From Octopus bimaculoides (taxonomy: Eukaryota), in contig NC_068990.1 of NCBI RefSeq assembly GCF_001194135.2, positions 33,703,342 to 33,767,341 on the forward strand: a stretch of DNA of 64,000 nucleotides, written 5' to 3'. Below, one piece after another: positions 51,233-63,897 of the stretch. Position 1 is the first letter of the stretch; every line of letters begins with the position of its first letter. A program made the position numbers and the translations under genes. The notes below the pieces were generated by a model. The model searched no databases, had not been told where the DNA came from, and saw nothing but the letters and a program-made list of their open reading frames with translations.

Positions 51233-52469
51233 TAACAACTAACAAGATGAGGACAAGTATCTGTCAAATGTAAATAATGTAAATAATGTACATATGGTAA
51301 TGTTAATAAGAGCAGAAACATCTCTAATCTTGGTTAGCAGTCAGCTATTTTACCAATCTAGCTATTTATATACTCTTTAATACTCCCGAACTTAGGGTTG
51401 TATAGCATTCAGCTACAAATGGAAAATTAAAAGGAAATAGAAGCAAAATAACTATTAATTTTGTAAGAAAATTTGTGTCTTATCTAACATAACAACAGAA
51501 ATGATGTACTCTTAGTTTAAACTCATTTAATCACTCAATATTCCTATATGTAACAATTACTTAGAGCAAAATAAATAGAATTCCTAAAATAGCATCAACT
51601 GTACTTTGACTAAATTTTGTTACTGGTATCTTTCTGTGTTCTTGGCAAGTCTATTTAGTGTACACCCTGAAGTAATGAGTACTTTAGGGTATACACAAGG
51701 TACTCAGTACTTTAGGGTACAGGCCAGCTAGATTTGCCCAGCACTTCAATACTTTAGAGTACAGTATATTCAGCATGTAAACTGTGGGAGGGTCAAGTGT
51801 TTATAAGGTTGTGGTGTTATTTATTATAAAAAAATCTTGTTAGTTCAGTGGATTGATGGAATCATCAAAGTATCAAGAAAAATGCTTTGTGGTATTTGTT
51901 TTGGATCTTTATATTCTGAGTTCAAATCCCACCAAGGTCAATTTTGCTTTTTATTTCTCCAAATTAGAAATAATTAATAGCATTATTGCTTTTTTCCGCA
52001 AATTTAAATTTGGGATGTATTTGTACCACACTGTTGTGAATAATAGCTGCCTAATCCTTCTTTCAAGTAGTTTGGTCTTGCAGAGTAAATAGACAGGATC
52101 ACTGTCCTGCTGGAAGATGTTATTGAACCATGTCTTCAGACAGGTGGAATGTTTCAGATCATAGATTTGTTCAATTCAGTCAGACCTGAGACTTAACAAC
52201 AACACACAGATGAGGTCAAAGATGCAGAAAAATTGTGTTTTATTGACAGGAACGATGCTACATATCTGATAAATTCTTGGTCTGCCTGGATAGATGAAAA
52301 GGCTGAGTGAATATAGAATTGATATACACCAAGTTCTAGTTTCTGAATTCAAATCTACTACAGCTAGTCTGTTGTGTTTTGGGGTATCTCATCAAAGTTA
52401 TCAGGACACACCACTGAATAAGAGGTAAAGTATAATGTTAGAAACTTGTGTCCTATACAGGTGCACATA

Positions 52470-52855
52470 GGAGGCGCAATGGCCCAGTGGTCAGGGCAGC
52501 GGACTCGCAGTCATAGGATCGCGGTTTCGATTCCCAGACCGGGCATTGTGAGTGTTTATTGAGCGAAAACACCTAAAGCTCCACGAGGCTCCGGCAGGGG
52601 ATCGTGGCCAACCCTGCTGTACTCTTCCACCACAAATCTTTCTCACTCTTACTTCCTGTTTCTGTCGTGCCTGTAATTCAAAGGGTCAGCCTTGTCACAC
52701 TGTGTCACACTGAATATCCCCGAGAACTACGTTAAGGGTACACGTGTCTGTGGAGTGCTCAGCCACTTGCACGTTAATTTCATGAGCAGGCTGTTCCGTT
52801 GATCGGATCAACTGGAACCCTCGACGTCGTAAGCGACGGAATGCCAACAACAACA
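52470..52855 (+). mobile_element. Young full-length tRNA-derived SINE with TSD
   Basis: Head ggaggcgcaatggcccagtgg...ggtttcgattcc, (CAA)n tail, CpG-rich; 13-bp TSD atacaggtgcaca at 52455-52467 and 52856-52868. Confidence 0.9.
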
Positions 52856-53219
52856 ATACAGGTGCACAGATAGAACAGAAAATGAAATTAAATAATGGTT
52901 CCACAAGCAAATGATGTTTGTGGACTTATTTAACTTGGTCTGCCAACACAAGGGTTCTACTCCTGGTATATGAGTGAAATTTGGTAAGTGACAGTAAAAG
53001 AAAAATGCAGCTGAGAAACAGTTACTTTGGTAGTATCAAAACCATGACTTCCATAAAGCCTTAGTGGAATGGATGTAAAACCTATAGAATTAAAGAAGTG
53101 AACAATGGAGAAACAAACCAGGTTTCTATAAAGATATTTATGGAGAAATTTAATGTCTTTTCTCACACTACAACCCACGTTTTCAGATATATTTTCATTT
53201 TATTTCTTTATAGTTGATA

Positions 53220-53560
53220 TATGTATATCTGTGTGCGTATGTATGTACATATGTGTATCCATATGTGTGTGTATATATATGTGTGTGTGTGTATATATAT
53301 GTGTGTGTGTGTGTATATATATGTGTGTGTGTGTGTATATATATATGTGTGTGTGTGTGTGCATTTATTTACATCGGTAGACATGTATGTGTGTTTATGT
53401 GTGCATCTATATATCTATATGTGTATTTATGTATGTATGAGAGTATGTATGTGTGTGTGTGTGTGTACACACATGCACGCACACACATACACACACACAC
53501 ACAATCACACACACACACACAATCACACACACACACAAGCATGAATGTATATGTGTTCAT
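53220..53560. repeat. Compound (TG)/(TA)/(CA) microsatellite
   Basis: Direct inspection. Confidence 0.9.
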
Positions 53561-53988
53561 GTGACTAAGTGAGTGTTAGTGGAGAGTCAGCTTCTAACAT
53601 AATAATATATATTACATTTCCAAATCGTATGTAAAAAAAATCACTCTGTTCCTCATTTTCTTTGTAATTGAAGCACAAATTTCATTCTATAAATTCTTCC
53701 TAGTTTTTCTGTCATTTCAGTAAAAAGCATTATAGCAAAATATATTCATTTCTCAGTGATTCATATAATGCAGCCAATGCTATATTGCTATGGCAGCCAT
53801 GATGAGATGAAGGGCCTAATTTATCTTCGAAAAATATCTGTGTCTCTTAAATTGTAAATTTTGCAGCGATTCCTTCAATAATGTTCTCATGTTCACTTTG
53901 AACATCTTGAACAAAACTACATAAATTACTGCTAATAGTATAATTTTATACACATATTATTCCACATACATATGTTTCAGCCGGTGGG

Positions 53989-54041
<53 letters not shown>

Positions 54042-54129
54042 TACACATGTATGTCTATATGTCTTTATGTATGTATGTATGCATGCATGCATGTATGTAT
54101 ATATAGAGAGAGAATATACAAGTTTTCAT

Positions 54130-54795
54130 CATGACGTAATGTAATGACTATGTAATATGAGCGCTCAGTTTGGGCCTCACGAAGGTGATGGCAAATGACC
54201 AAGAGCTCTAGAGATATGCTGTGCATGAGAAGACTCATCAGACTAAGTGAAGTCATAATTGTGGCCATGCTGGTGCTATGTAAATGATACCCATGCATTG
54301 TAGTTGTGGTCGTTGATGGTACCATTTAAGTGGCACCTGCAAATCATCTTGGTCAATGCTGGTGCTATATAAATGTCTCCTGTGCATTGTAGTCATGATC
54401 AACGATGGTGCCATGTAAATTGGCACCCAGAAACTGTGGTCGTTGGTGGCACCATGTAAATAACACTGAAGAGTCGTATTCATTGCTGGTACCATGCAAA
54501 TAGCACCAGTAGATCTTAGTCGTGGTCACTACCAGTGCTATGCAAATGGCACCCACCTGTGAATCATAGTCATAGTTATTGCTGGTGTCATGCAAATGGC
54601 ACCCATGCTGGTGGCACGTAAAAGCACCCATTACACTCCAGGAGTGATTGGCATTAGGAAGGGCATCCTGCTGTAGAAATCATGCCAAATCAGACTGGAA
54701 CCTGGTGCAGCTCTGGCTCATCAGCTCCAGTCAAACCATTTAACCCATGCCAGGATGGAGAGTGGATGTTAAATGATGATAATGATGATGATGAT
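54130..54795 (+). mobile_element. SINE family C with an expanded internal palindrome array (54272-54628)
   Basis: Nine ggtgc(c/t)atgtaaatggcacc-like units, then the standard family C 3' part and (GAT)n tail. Confidence 0.8.
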
Positions 54796-54818
54796 ATCAT
54801 ATATGTATGTATGTATTT

Positions 54819-54849
<31 letters not shown>

Positions 54850-55045
54850 GAATGCAGACATACACACATGCTACCTTACATCAAAATGTCTTCCATATAT
54901 GCAAGACCACACTATAACACAAACACTCAAAAGAACCTTCTCAGTCAAACAATTACTGATTGTCTATAGGGTTGTGGGTTAGCATGAGAGAGAGAGAGAG
55001 AAAGAGTGAGTGAGTGAGAGAGAGAGTGAGAGAGNNNNNNNNNNN

Positions 55046-55092
<47 letters not shown>

Positions 55093-55749
55093 AGATAGAT
55101 CCAGCTGTGAATAGAAAATATAGTGCATAAAATATTGGCTATGATTTTCTCCTTGAAACTTTCTGAAAAGTGTCTTCTTTTCCCTCTATTGAAGTTAGTG
55201 ACATGAAGACAATGGCTGTCTCTGCAGATAAATAGCAATGCTTGTCTTGTTATATCTCAAAGCTCACTTATAAAGGTGAGACTCTCCTTACAGAAAGCTT
55301 GATAAACAAGCTATATGGTCATTAACTGCTAGAGAAGTGATAGACATAAAATATCAACAAAAGAGAGAAGGTGTGCGATAATGAAAGAGAGCAATGTTTT
55401 GATGAAATAAATTTAGGTGAATTAAAGTTACCCTCAATAACCAGAAGCAAAATATAGAAATATAAATCATTGTGAAGGATTACTGAGCAAAGAGAGAGAG
55501 TAAGATGCAATCACTGGTTAGTTGCAGAGATAAAATGGTAGATGTGACTAAAGTGTCATATTAGTTAAAGCCAAAGTGATGTAAATATAATTATTATGTT
55601 GTTGATGAAGGCTTTTCTTAGTATGTCACATATAAAAGTGTTGTTATTAGTGGACTTAGAGTTACAGAAAGTATATCAATGGAGGGTAAAGAATGAAATA
55701 AAATTAATTCCATTATAGATGATTAGTTATAATTATTTAATAACAAGGC

Positions 55750-55960
55750 AATGAGCTGGCAGAATTGTTTGCAGGCCAGGTGAAATGCTTAGCAGTATTT
55801 CATCTGTCTTTGTGTTCTGAGTTCAAATTCCACTGAGGTCAACTTCGACTTTCATCTTTCTGGGGTCGATAAAATAAGTACCAGTTGTGCACTGGAGTTG
55901 ATGTAATCAACTGACACCCTCCTCGAAATTGCTGGTCTTGTGCCAAAAATTGAAATCAAG
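55750..55960 (+). mobile_element. SINE family B
   Basis: gagctggcagaattg...gagttcaaattcc...ggggtcgataaaataagtaccagttg. Confidence 0.85.
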
Positions 55961-55999
55961 GATTTTAATAACTGAAGACATATCAGTGGCTTAAGTTTC

Positions 56000-56250
56000 T
56001 AGACCACTAACTGATGACTATCATGTATTTAGACTACTAACAAAAGGCTACAGAGTACTTGTACTACTCAGAAAAGGCAACTAAGTATTTAGCCTACCAA
56101 TAAATTGCTACCAAATATTAAGACTACTAACTGATGTTTACCAAGTATTTAGACTACTAAATGACATTTATCACATATTTAAACAACCAAATGTTGTTTA
56201 ACATATATTTAGAGCACTAACTGATGTCTATTAAATATTTAGACTACAAA
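56000..56250. repeat. About 30-bp minisatellite (atttagactactaactgatg...)
   Basis: About 8 degenerate units containing tatttagactactaa. Confidence 0.8.
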
Positions 56251-57720
56251 ACCATGTGGTTGAGAAGTGAACCTCTTAACCATGGAACTAAGTCTGTCTA
56301 TACCAGCCATTCCTGGTTTTCATGTAACAATGTGGAAATAGAAATGAATAAGTCTGAAAATTTTCAGTAATGTTATCATAGACTTATTAATTCAAATAGC
56401 ATTGTTTCTGTTGGTTTCTTTTTTCTACATTATGCCAACATCCATGAGGTATAACATTGATTATTATGTTACTCATGATATTAAAAATTAGTTTTGGTGA
56501 AACAACTGAATGTAAGAAGAGATCACTAGTAATTACAGCCTCCATGCTGCCAACTTGTATGAACAATAGCATCTGGCTGGATCATATTAAGTTCTTTAGG
56601 GAAGTATTTTAACAATGGTGATATTATATGGAAGAAGTCAACAATGGTTGCTGTAGGTGGTTGATTTCATATACACCACGAATATGAATATCCGAAGACA
56701 TATACACCTGACAAGTGGTTGGTTATTAACTTTTATGCTTCAAGTAAATGTAACCAGTGAGTGTAGCGTCAGTGGTTTTGTGACTTGCAATAAATGTCTC
56801 TTTTAATAACAACATGCATTAGCAATTATCATTTACATTGTTTATATAAAAGGTTGTTCAGTTTAGTTCAAGAGACAAATCCATTTATACACCAATAACT
56901 TTCTGCAGTAATGTCCATTCATGATTCTGTATGCTAACTGTGTGGTACATGATTTAAATTGTTCTGTATGACAAGATGGAACAACATTTTAATGTTTAGC
57001 AACAGTATGTATGCTTAACTATGTTAGTACATTAAAGGAAACAATTTTCTATATGTAAGGGATGTCAGTAGACTGTAGGAATGCTAACATGTGAAATGAT
57101 GGTCCAAAGATTATAAATTTGGCTTTGATAGTTCCAAATATCTGGGTTGATTCAGAGGCTGTTCACAAGTAATAAATCGTGTTTTAATATATGTTCTGGG
57201 TTCTTACTTGTTTAAGTTGCCTTTACCAATAAATAAATTGCTTTTAATTATTGCCTGCAATATTCAGAATGATATATATATTTATTGTCTTAACACACAT
57301 ATATATATATATATATATATTGGCTAACATTTCCAGCTTTTGAGTGTTAATTAGAACACTTATCAGGAAAACTGTCTCAAAAAATTTCTTTAAAACCTGT
57401 AAAAGCAGCCAAAAATATAAAGAAACATTTATAAGGTACATCACAATCTAAGAAATAAGTTTTGGCAACAGTATTTGATTCATTAACACAAGAACCCATT
57501 ATTATATTGTCAATATTTCACACATCAATGGACTTTAACTGCCAAAAGAACACACACACAAAACCGCAATCTAGAGCTCAGAAGATGAAGATTTATCAGA
57601 CTCTGGAGAACATCTACTTTTCTTTGTGTTATTATCCTCCACCCACACACCCCACACACATTTCATTATACATACACACAAACAACAGAATGGAAAGAAT
57701 GAAAGGTATTCTAACTGTAC

Positions 57721-57835
57721 CTGTAATTACCAACATAGACGCCATCGGGGTTCAGCATTGGTACAATTTTGAAAATTATATGCTGCCTTAAACACTTTGC
57801 AATACTATGATTGCTTACAAGGAAATCAATAAGTC
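57721..57835 (-). CDS. AGBL4: Internal coding exon of cytosolic carboxypeptidase 6 (M14 tubulin deglutamylase family)
   Basis: Strong acceptor (ttaattttcttccttttcag) and donor AG|gtacag; 115 nt, phase 1 to phase 2. Translates [39 protein letters not shown], matching the AGBL4/CCP6 segment as I recall it ([39 protein letters not shown]). Not in the supplied ORF track. Confidence 0.93.
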
Positions 57836-58055
57836 CTGAAAAGGAAGAAAATTAAGGAATGTGTTAAGAAAGTCAATTAATTTGAGTCAAAAATCTTGAT
57901 GAAATGAATTATGGTAAAATTGAAAGTAATTATAAGCATATTTTGTGACTAAATATTGCTATAATTACTTATACAACAACTAATGAAAACACTGTGAAAG
58001 TAATTTAATTAATTTTTTTTTTGCATCTGTTTGATACTTTATTTTATTTAATTCT

Positions 58056-58464
58056 ACTCTTTTACTCGTTTACTTGTTTCAGTCATTTGACTGCGTCCAT
58101 ACTGGAGCACCGCCTTTAGTCGAGCAAATCGACCCCAAGACTATTCTTTGTAAGCCTAGTACTTATTCTATCGGACTCTTTTGCCTAACCGCTAAGTTAC
58201 GGGGACATAAACACACCAGCATCAGTTGTCAAGCGATGTTGGGGAGACAAACACAGACACACAAACATGTACACACACATACATATATGTATACATATAT
58301 ACGACGGGCTTCTTTCAGTTTCCGTCTACCAAATCCACTCACAAGGCTTTGGTTAGTACGAGGCTATAGTAGAAGACACTTGCCCAAGGTGCCACGCAGT
58401 GGGACTGAACCCAGAACCATGTGGTTGGTAATCAAGCTGCTTACCACATAGCCACTCCTGCACC
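58056..58464 (-). mobile_element. Near full-length, young SINE family A about 220 nt upstream of the AGBL4 exon
   Basis: Complete head and tail, CpGs retained. Confidence 0.9.
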
Positions 58465-59279
58465 TATATATTTTGTTCTGTCTCATTTCGACACTCTGAC
58501 CTTACCTACAGAAATGACTTGTTTACTTCTGAAGCCATTAATAAATAAGAATGAATAAGATTTCCAGAGTTTTCTTATCTAAGTGTGTGGTTCAAGTGTT
58601 AAAAATTTGAACAGTTCCAATGCTTTTGTTGATAATTATAATGGTTGGTGCTTTGTTAGCAGTAATATTCAACATAAAGAAAGCAAGTATATAGAAACAG
58701 ATGGGGAAAAAAATTTTGTTGGTGGATTTATTAAGCTACAACACAACAAGTATGACTTTTTTAATTCAATAACTTCTTGGTGCCAGTTTGTTCCATCATG
58801 GGAAAAGGTGCAGATAGAAAAGGGAGATAGTGAGATCAAATCCTGACATATTTCTAAAAGATTAAATCAAAACTATTTATTTACATCTATTTTTACCTCC
58901 TTTTATTAACAACAAAACAAAGTCTTTCTGATTTTCTCTCTTTTGTGATTCTTACAATAAGTTTATCCAAGGACATAACAGCCTCGCTTCTCTAACAGTA
59001 GAGCAAACATCTACCATAATAAGAAAGATTTTATTAAGTAATAAAATAAGACATGTTCATCATTTATAGCCTTCCTCACTGAATTTCTAGATCACTTGAA
59101 TACATACACATGACTTAGATGTCAACCAGAAATTTAGGTGAGAATACAGTTTATAAGTACATAACTTGAAGGTTAAAAACTACTATGAGCTGAACGTATA
59201 AGAATAAAATGAAAAAAAAAAACAAGAATTGATAAGCTTAATAAAGCAAAAGATATATATGTATATATAATATGTATGC

Positions 59280-59287
59280 ATACACAG

Positions 59288-59356
<69 letters not shown>

Positions 59357-59389
59357 NNNNNNNNNNNNNNNNNNNNNNNNNNNNNNNNN

Positions 59390-59452
<63 letters not shown>

Positions 59453-59458
59453 GAGAGG
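59280..59458. repeat. (CA)n-(TA)n-gap-(GA)n compound microsatellite
   Basis: Direct inspection. Confidence 0.95.
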
Positions 59459-61054
59459 AGATGAATAAATGTTTTTAGCTGGTGCCTGATGTCTGCTGAA
59501 CAAACCTTAGGATTAAGGAATCATCCAAACATATGCAGAAGTAAGCAAATATCAATATGTTCTGTGGACATATACAACTTATAGTCTTTATATGGAATGC
59601 AACAACAAAAAAAAGAATCTCAAAATAAAAAAATAAAAAGCTATTCACTGGAATGTGACTGGATTTGAACTCTTTTATCTTCAGTCATCACAGTGAAATA
59701 TTTCCTTGGGCAAAGCGTATAATTTTACTGTTTTATTCTGCTAATGTTACACATGGATCTTATACTGCTAATCAAAAGTTTCTCAAAAGTTAGAGATTTT
59801 CTGATCAACCATTATCGTTTCTTTATCAATATCACTGATTTTATGATTTTCTTCATATTTTGACATGGTTTAGACAGCTCTACGGAATCACATTTGACAA
59901 CATCTTGAATGTGAACTGTATTAGCATTAAGGTTATTTTTGCTTTCATACAATCGTCCAGTATATACACACATATATACACATGTCTGCACACTCACAGA
60001 ATTAGTGTGTGCAAATGAAAGTAGGAGAGTTTTTCTTACTGGTTGAACTAACATCAACCATTTCTGCCAATGAACACAAAAGGAAAGACTCAAAGAAGAA
60101 TGTAAATAATAGTAAATAAATAGTAAGATAAATAAAATAAAACATATAAAAAAAAGATCATAACAAAATAGCTATTTCATTATTTTCAATGCTGCCAAAC
60201 TTCAAACTATAATTGTGAAATATTAAGAATTTCAAGAGAATAATTGACAAATAACCATTTAAGCATGATAAAGTGGTGCTTGATCGAACTAAATAGTATT
60301 TTTCTAACATTTACAAACATCATCATGTCACTGAAAGTAGAGCTGACTGTTGTATTCCTTGTGTTTCTTCTCCGACACAACATCGCCACTCCCAACAACA
60401 CAACTACTACCACTGTTGATTCACACTTGCATGAGTTTCAGTAATATCAATTAGGTGAAGAGGGTTGAAGAAAACACCAGCATGGTGGAATGTATTAAAA
60501 GGAAATGAAAGAGCACAAACACAGACTAATTTGTCAAAGATACACCATGACATAAGCAATACATTCAATAAGAAATCATGTCTGCTTTATTGTTCTAATG
60601 AAAAGGTGTGGAAGAACTGATATCACAATCAATAATTAGAGATTGTTTGAAAAGCCTAATTAGATAGCGGAGAAGGCCAATTAGTATAAGATTGTAAAGG
60701 AGTGCTATGTTATATTACTAAACATTTCAGAAAGACAGAGATAACTGTTTTCTTTCTGTGGGATATTTTAAGTTGGTTAAAGTCATTTTACAAAGGAAGA
60801 GTTAGATCCATCACTCATGAATATCTTTTCCTTTGTCTATAAAGATTTCTTCTCTGGTTGTACAAAGATTAGTTGGTAAGGGAGATTCTGTGTAGAAGTT
60901 CAGCCCTCACAATGTAAAAGCAAAATCCCTACCAAACATCAGTGTATTGGTATATTGCCTTCCAGAAATATGTCAGGATAAACATATGAAGAAAACCTTC
61001 TCTCAATAAACATGACATGGTTAATGTACTGTGACTATCAAGTAAATCTTTTCC

Positions 61055-61490
61055 TTTCCTTTACTTGTTTCAGTTGTTTGACTGTGGCCATGCTGGAACA
61101 TTGTCTTAGAGGGTTTTTTTTTTTTTTTTAGTTGATGAAATCAATCCCAGGACTCATTTTTCATAAGCCTGGTACTTATACTATTGGTGTTATTTGCTGA
61201 ACTGCTAAGTTTCAGGGATGTAACCACACCAACATTGGTTGTCAAGCAACGGTGGTGGTGGTGGTGGGGGGGCAAACACAGACACAAAGACACACTCATG
61301 TAAGTATATATATATATATATATATATATAAGATGAGCTTCTTTCAGTTTCTGTCAGCCAAATCCCCCCACAAGGTTTTGGTCAGTCCAAGGCTATAGTA
61401 GAAGACATCAGCCCAAGGTACCATGTAGTGGAACTGAACTCGGTGGTTGGGAAGCAAGCTTCTTACCATACAGCCATACCTGTGCCTTAC
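61055..61490 (-). mobile_element. SINE family A, diverged full-length
   Basis: tttacttgtttcag...gcttctttcagtttctgtcagccaaatcc...accatacagcc. Confidence 0.8.
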
Positions 61491-61534
61491 AGGGGAAGCA
61501 TTTAATTGACTATCAACAATAATAATTTAAACTA

Positions 61535-61661
61535 CAGGATGTCCGCAAAGTCTGGGTACATAGGGATTAACTCATACTTTAAGAAATTATTATTTTTTAT
61601 ATTTAATTGTTTATGTTATGATTTTATTTACTCCATGTACCCAGACCTTGTGAACACCCTG
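61535..61661. mobile_element. Tc1/mariner-type MITE
   Basis: About 29-bp TIRs caggatgtccgcaaagtctgggtacat / atgtacccagaccttgtgaacaccctg, TA at both sides (61533-61534, 61662-61663). Confidence 0.8.
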
Positions 61662-62814
61662 TAGAGTAACAGTGCTAGCTATCTAATTGACTATTAATTT
61701 GAATAATTCACCTTTTGGTCAGAGCGAGCTATGTTCAAAGTTATTTCTAACATGAGCAACTATTTATTTACATGAAACAACATTATCCAGTGTCTTCTTT
61801 TTGAAGATGGTAAGCATGTAATTTGACAGAGGCTTTGCTATTATTTCAAGCAAATTAAGCAACCATATACAGGTTCTGTCATTGGCCCATATAGCTAGAA
61901 TCAGTTAGAGTGGTGGAACACATCCACTACTAAGTTATATTCACTATTCAGACAACAATCTAATAAAATACTTAGCAATTTTACAAAGTTATTGCTGTTT
62001 AGAATGGTAATTTCTTAGCCCTGTGGGACTCACTGACATTTTTGTGGACTGAAGCATCTGATAATTAAGTATCTAGGCCATAGACACAACACAAATCCAT
62101 GAACTGTCTGCTAAACTATCAATGCATCACTGTCCACACTTTTATCACATATTGATAGTGTGAAAAAAGAACTCAATTGTGTGATCACTAAAGAAGGGTT
62201 TTATTATGACATGCTGCTAAACATTATCAAAAGTTAGTTTAAAGACTTTCTATGTAAAAGTATCGCCACTAAATAAAAGCTAAAAACTATTCTCCATGAC
62301 AATAGCATCTCCAGGCTAGTTTTTGTGTCAGCATTAAGCTTGCCATAGATTTACTTCTAACAACTCCATATGGTGAGAGTCACTATATCTTTCTCTCTCT
62401 GTCTATCTATCTCACTCTCTTCCTCTCTCTCTCTCTCTCTCTCTGTTACATTTTGGTATACATATTTGGACATTTAGCTCTCAATTAATGCTACAAATTC
62501 ACCTGAAATATTTCAGCCATGTTTTAAGACCTTCTTTTTTTTTTTTAGCCAATCTGAAAGTTAAAAAGTTATTATTTTTTTTCCTAACTCTCATCTACAT
62601 TCATATCAAGATGGACAGTTTATATAACAAGTTAATCACACCTACCCCAGGATACACATACTGCTGTGCAAAGCTAAATACGTACAAAAAACCCCCCAAA
62701 AACAGTCATTCATTCTCCAATAAGTAATATCTGAAATGCTTTTTAAAGTATCTATTCCTAGTGAACCAATAAAATAAGCAATGGCATTCTTGAATAAATC
62801 ATAGAGTGGCACTA

Positions 62815-62816
<2 letters not shown>

Positions 62817-62900
<84 letters not shown>

Positions 62901-63045
62901 ATGCATGCACAGATATGCTTTCAAATTTTCTGGTTGTCTCCATGAACTTTTTGTCCAAATATATTCTGCAATTATGTATTTTAATGTGTTCTGAGAACCA
63001 CAGCAGAAATGAATTGAACGAATTAGTTTGTGTGTGGTATAGTGT

Positions 63046-63099
<54 letters not shown>
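62817..63099. repeat. (CA)n at 62817-62894 and (GT)n at 63049-63099
   Basis: Direct inspection; the two tracts are mutually complementary. Confidence 0.95.
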
Positions 63100-63102
<3 letters not shown>

Positions 63103-63468
63103 AGTCAATGCTGAGAGGTATTTCTGTGTGCAATGCAGGTATGTCTAAATCTAAGCATGTGTGCATACATTATTGCATAAATGATGTGCTCACAGTGTCG
63201 ATGACAACAACAACAATAACAACAACAGCAGCAGCACCAATAATAAAGAAGTGATAAACACAGTTTTAGAAATAAGGAAAATATTAACAAAACAAGATTT
63301 TTGCAACAATTCCAACCTACCACAATAAGTACTTACATGATGATGTGAATATTATACTACATTCGTCATCACCGTAATGTCATTGACTTATGTATTGCAT
63401 CATTTGGTTACCATTAAACATATTGCCTACTACCCTCTGTGCCTTTCATACTCACATATGTATGTATT

Positions 63469-63511
<43 letters not shown>

Positions 63512-63853
63512 ACATACACACACACACACATATATATATATGTATGTATGTATATATATACATGTATGTGTACATCTATATATTTATATATATATATATA
63601 TGAATACAGATGTGTATGTATGTGTGTGTATATATATATATATATATATACATGTGTGTATCTATGTATATGACTATAATTCATGTATTGGCCACAGTTA
63701 TTGTGTACTAGCAAAGCAATGGCACCCTGCTTTGTCTGAGAGGGTGGAAGCTAATATACATTATTCTATATACATACATATATAGAAACACACACACACA
63801 CACACACACACACACTATAAACAGAAGTAGATTACACTTACACNNNNNNNNNN

Positions 63854-63897
<44 letters not shown>

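Noticed and set aside
52470-52545. tRNA gene (also 51080-51152 and 11995-12067)
   Set aside because: The tRNA-like heads continue into SINE bodies and tails; no closed acceptor stem.
54272-54628. CRISPR array
   Set aside because: Eukaryotic context, no cas genes, degenerate repeats, mutually similar spacers, and embedded in a SINE.
58500-58516. Recursive splice site ctgtAG|GTAAGG on minus (similar AG|GTAAG at about 44587 and 1848)
   Set aside because: Pyrimidine tracts are short or absent, and the best site is only about 670 nt from the real acceptor.
60207-60413. Transmembrane-like ORF VVVVLLGVAMLCRRR
   Set aside because: Arises from GTT/GTA trinucleotide-rich sequence; no convincing splice context or homology.
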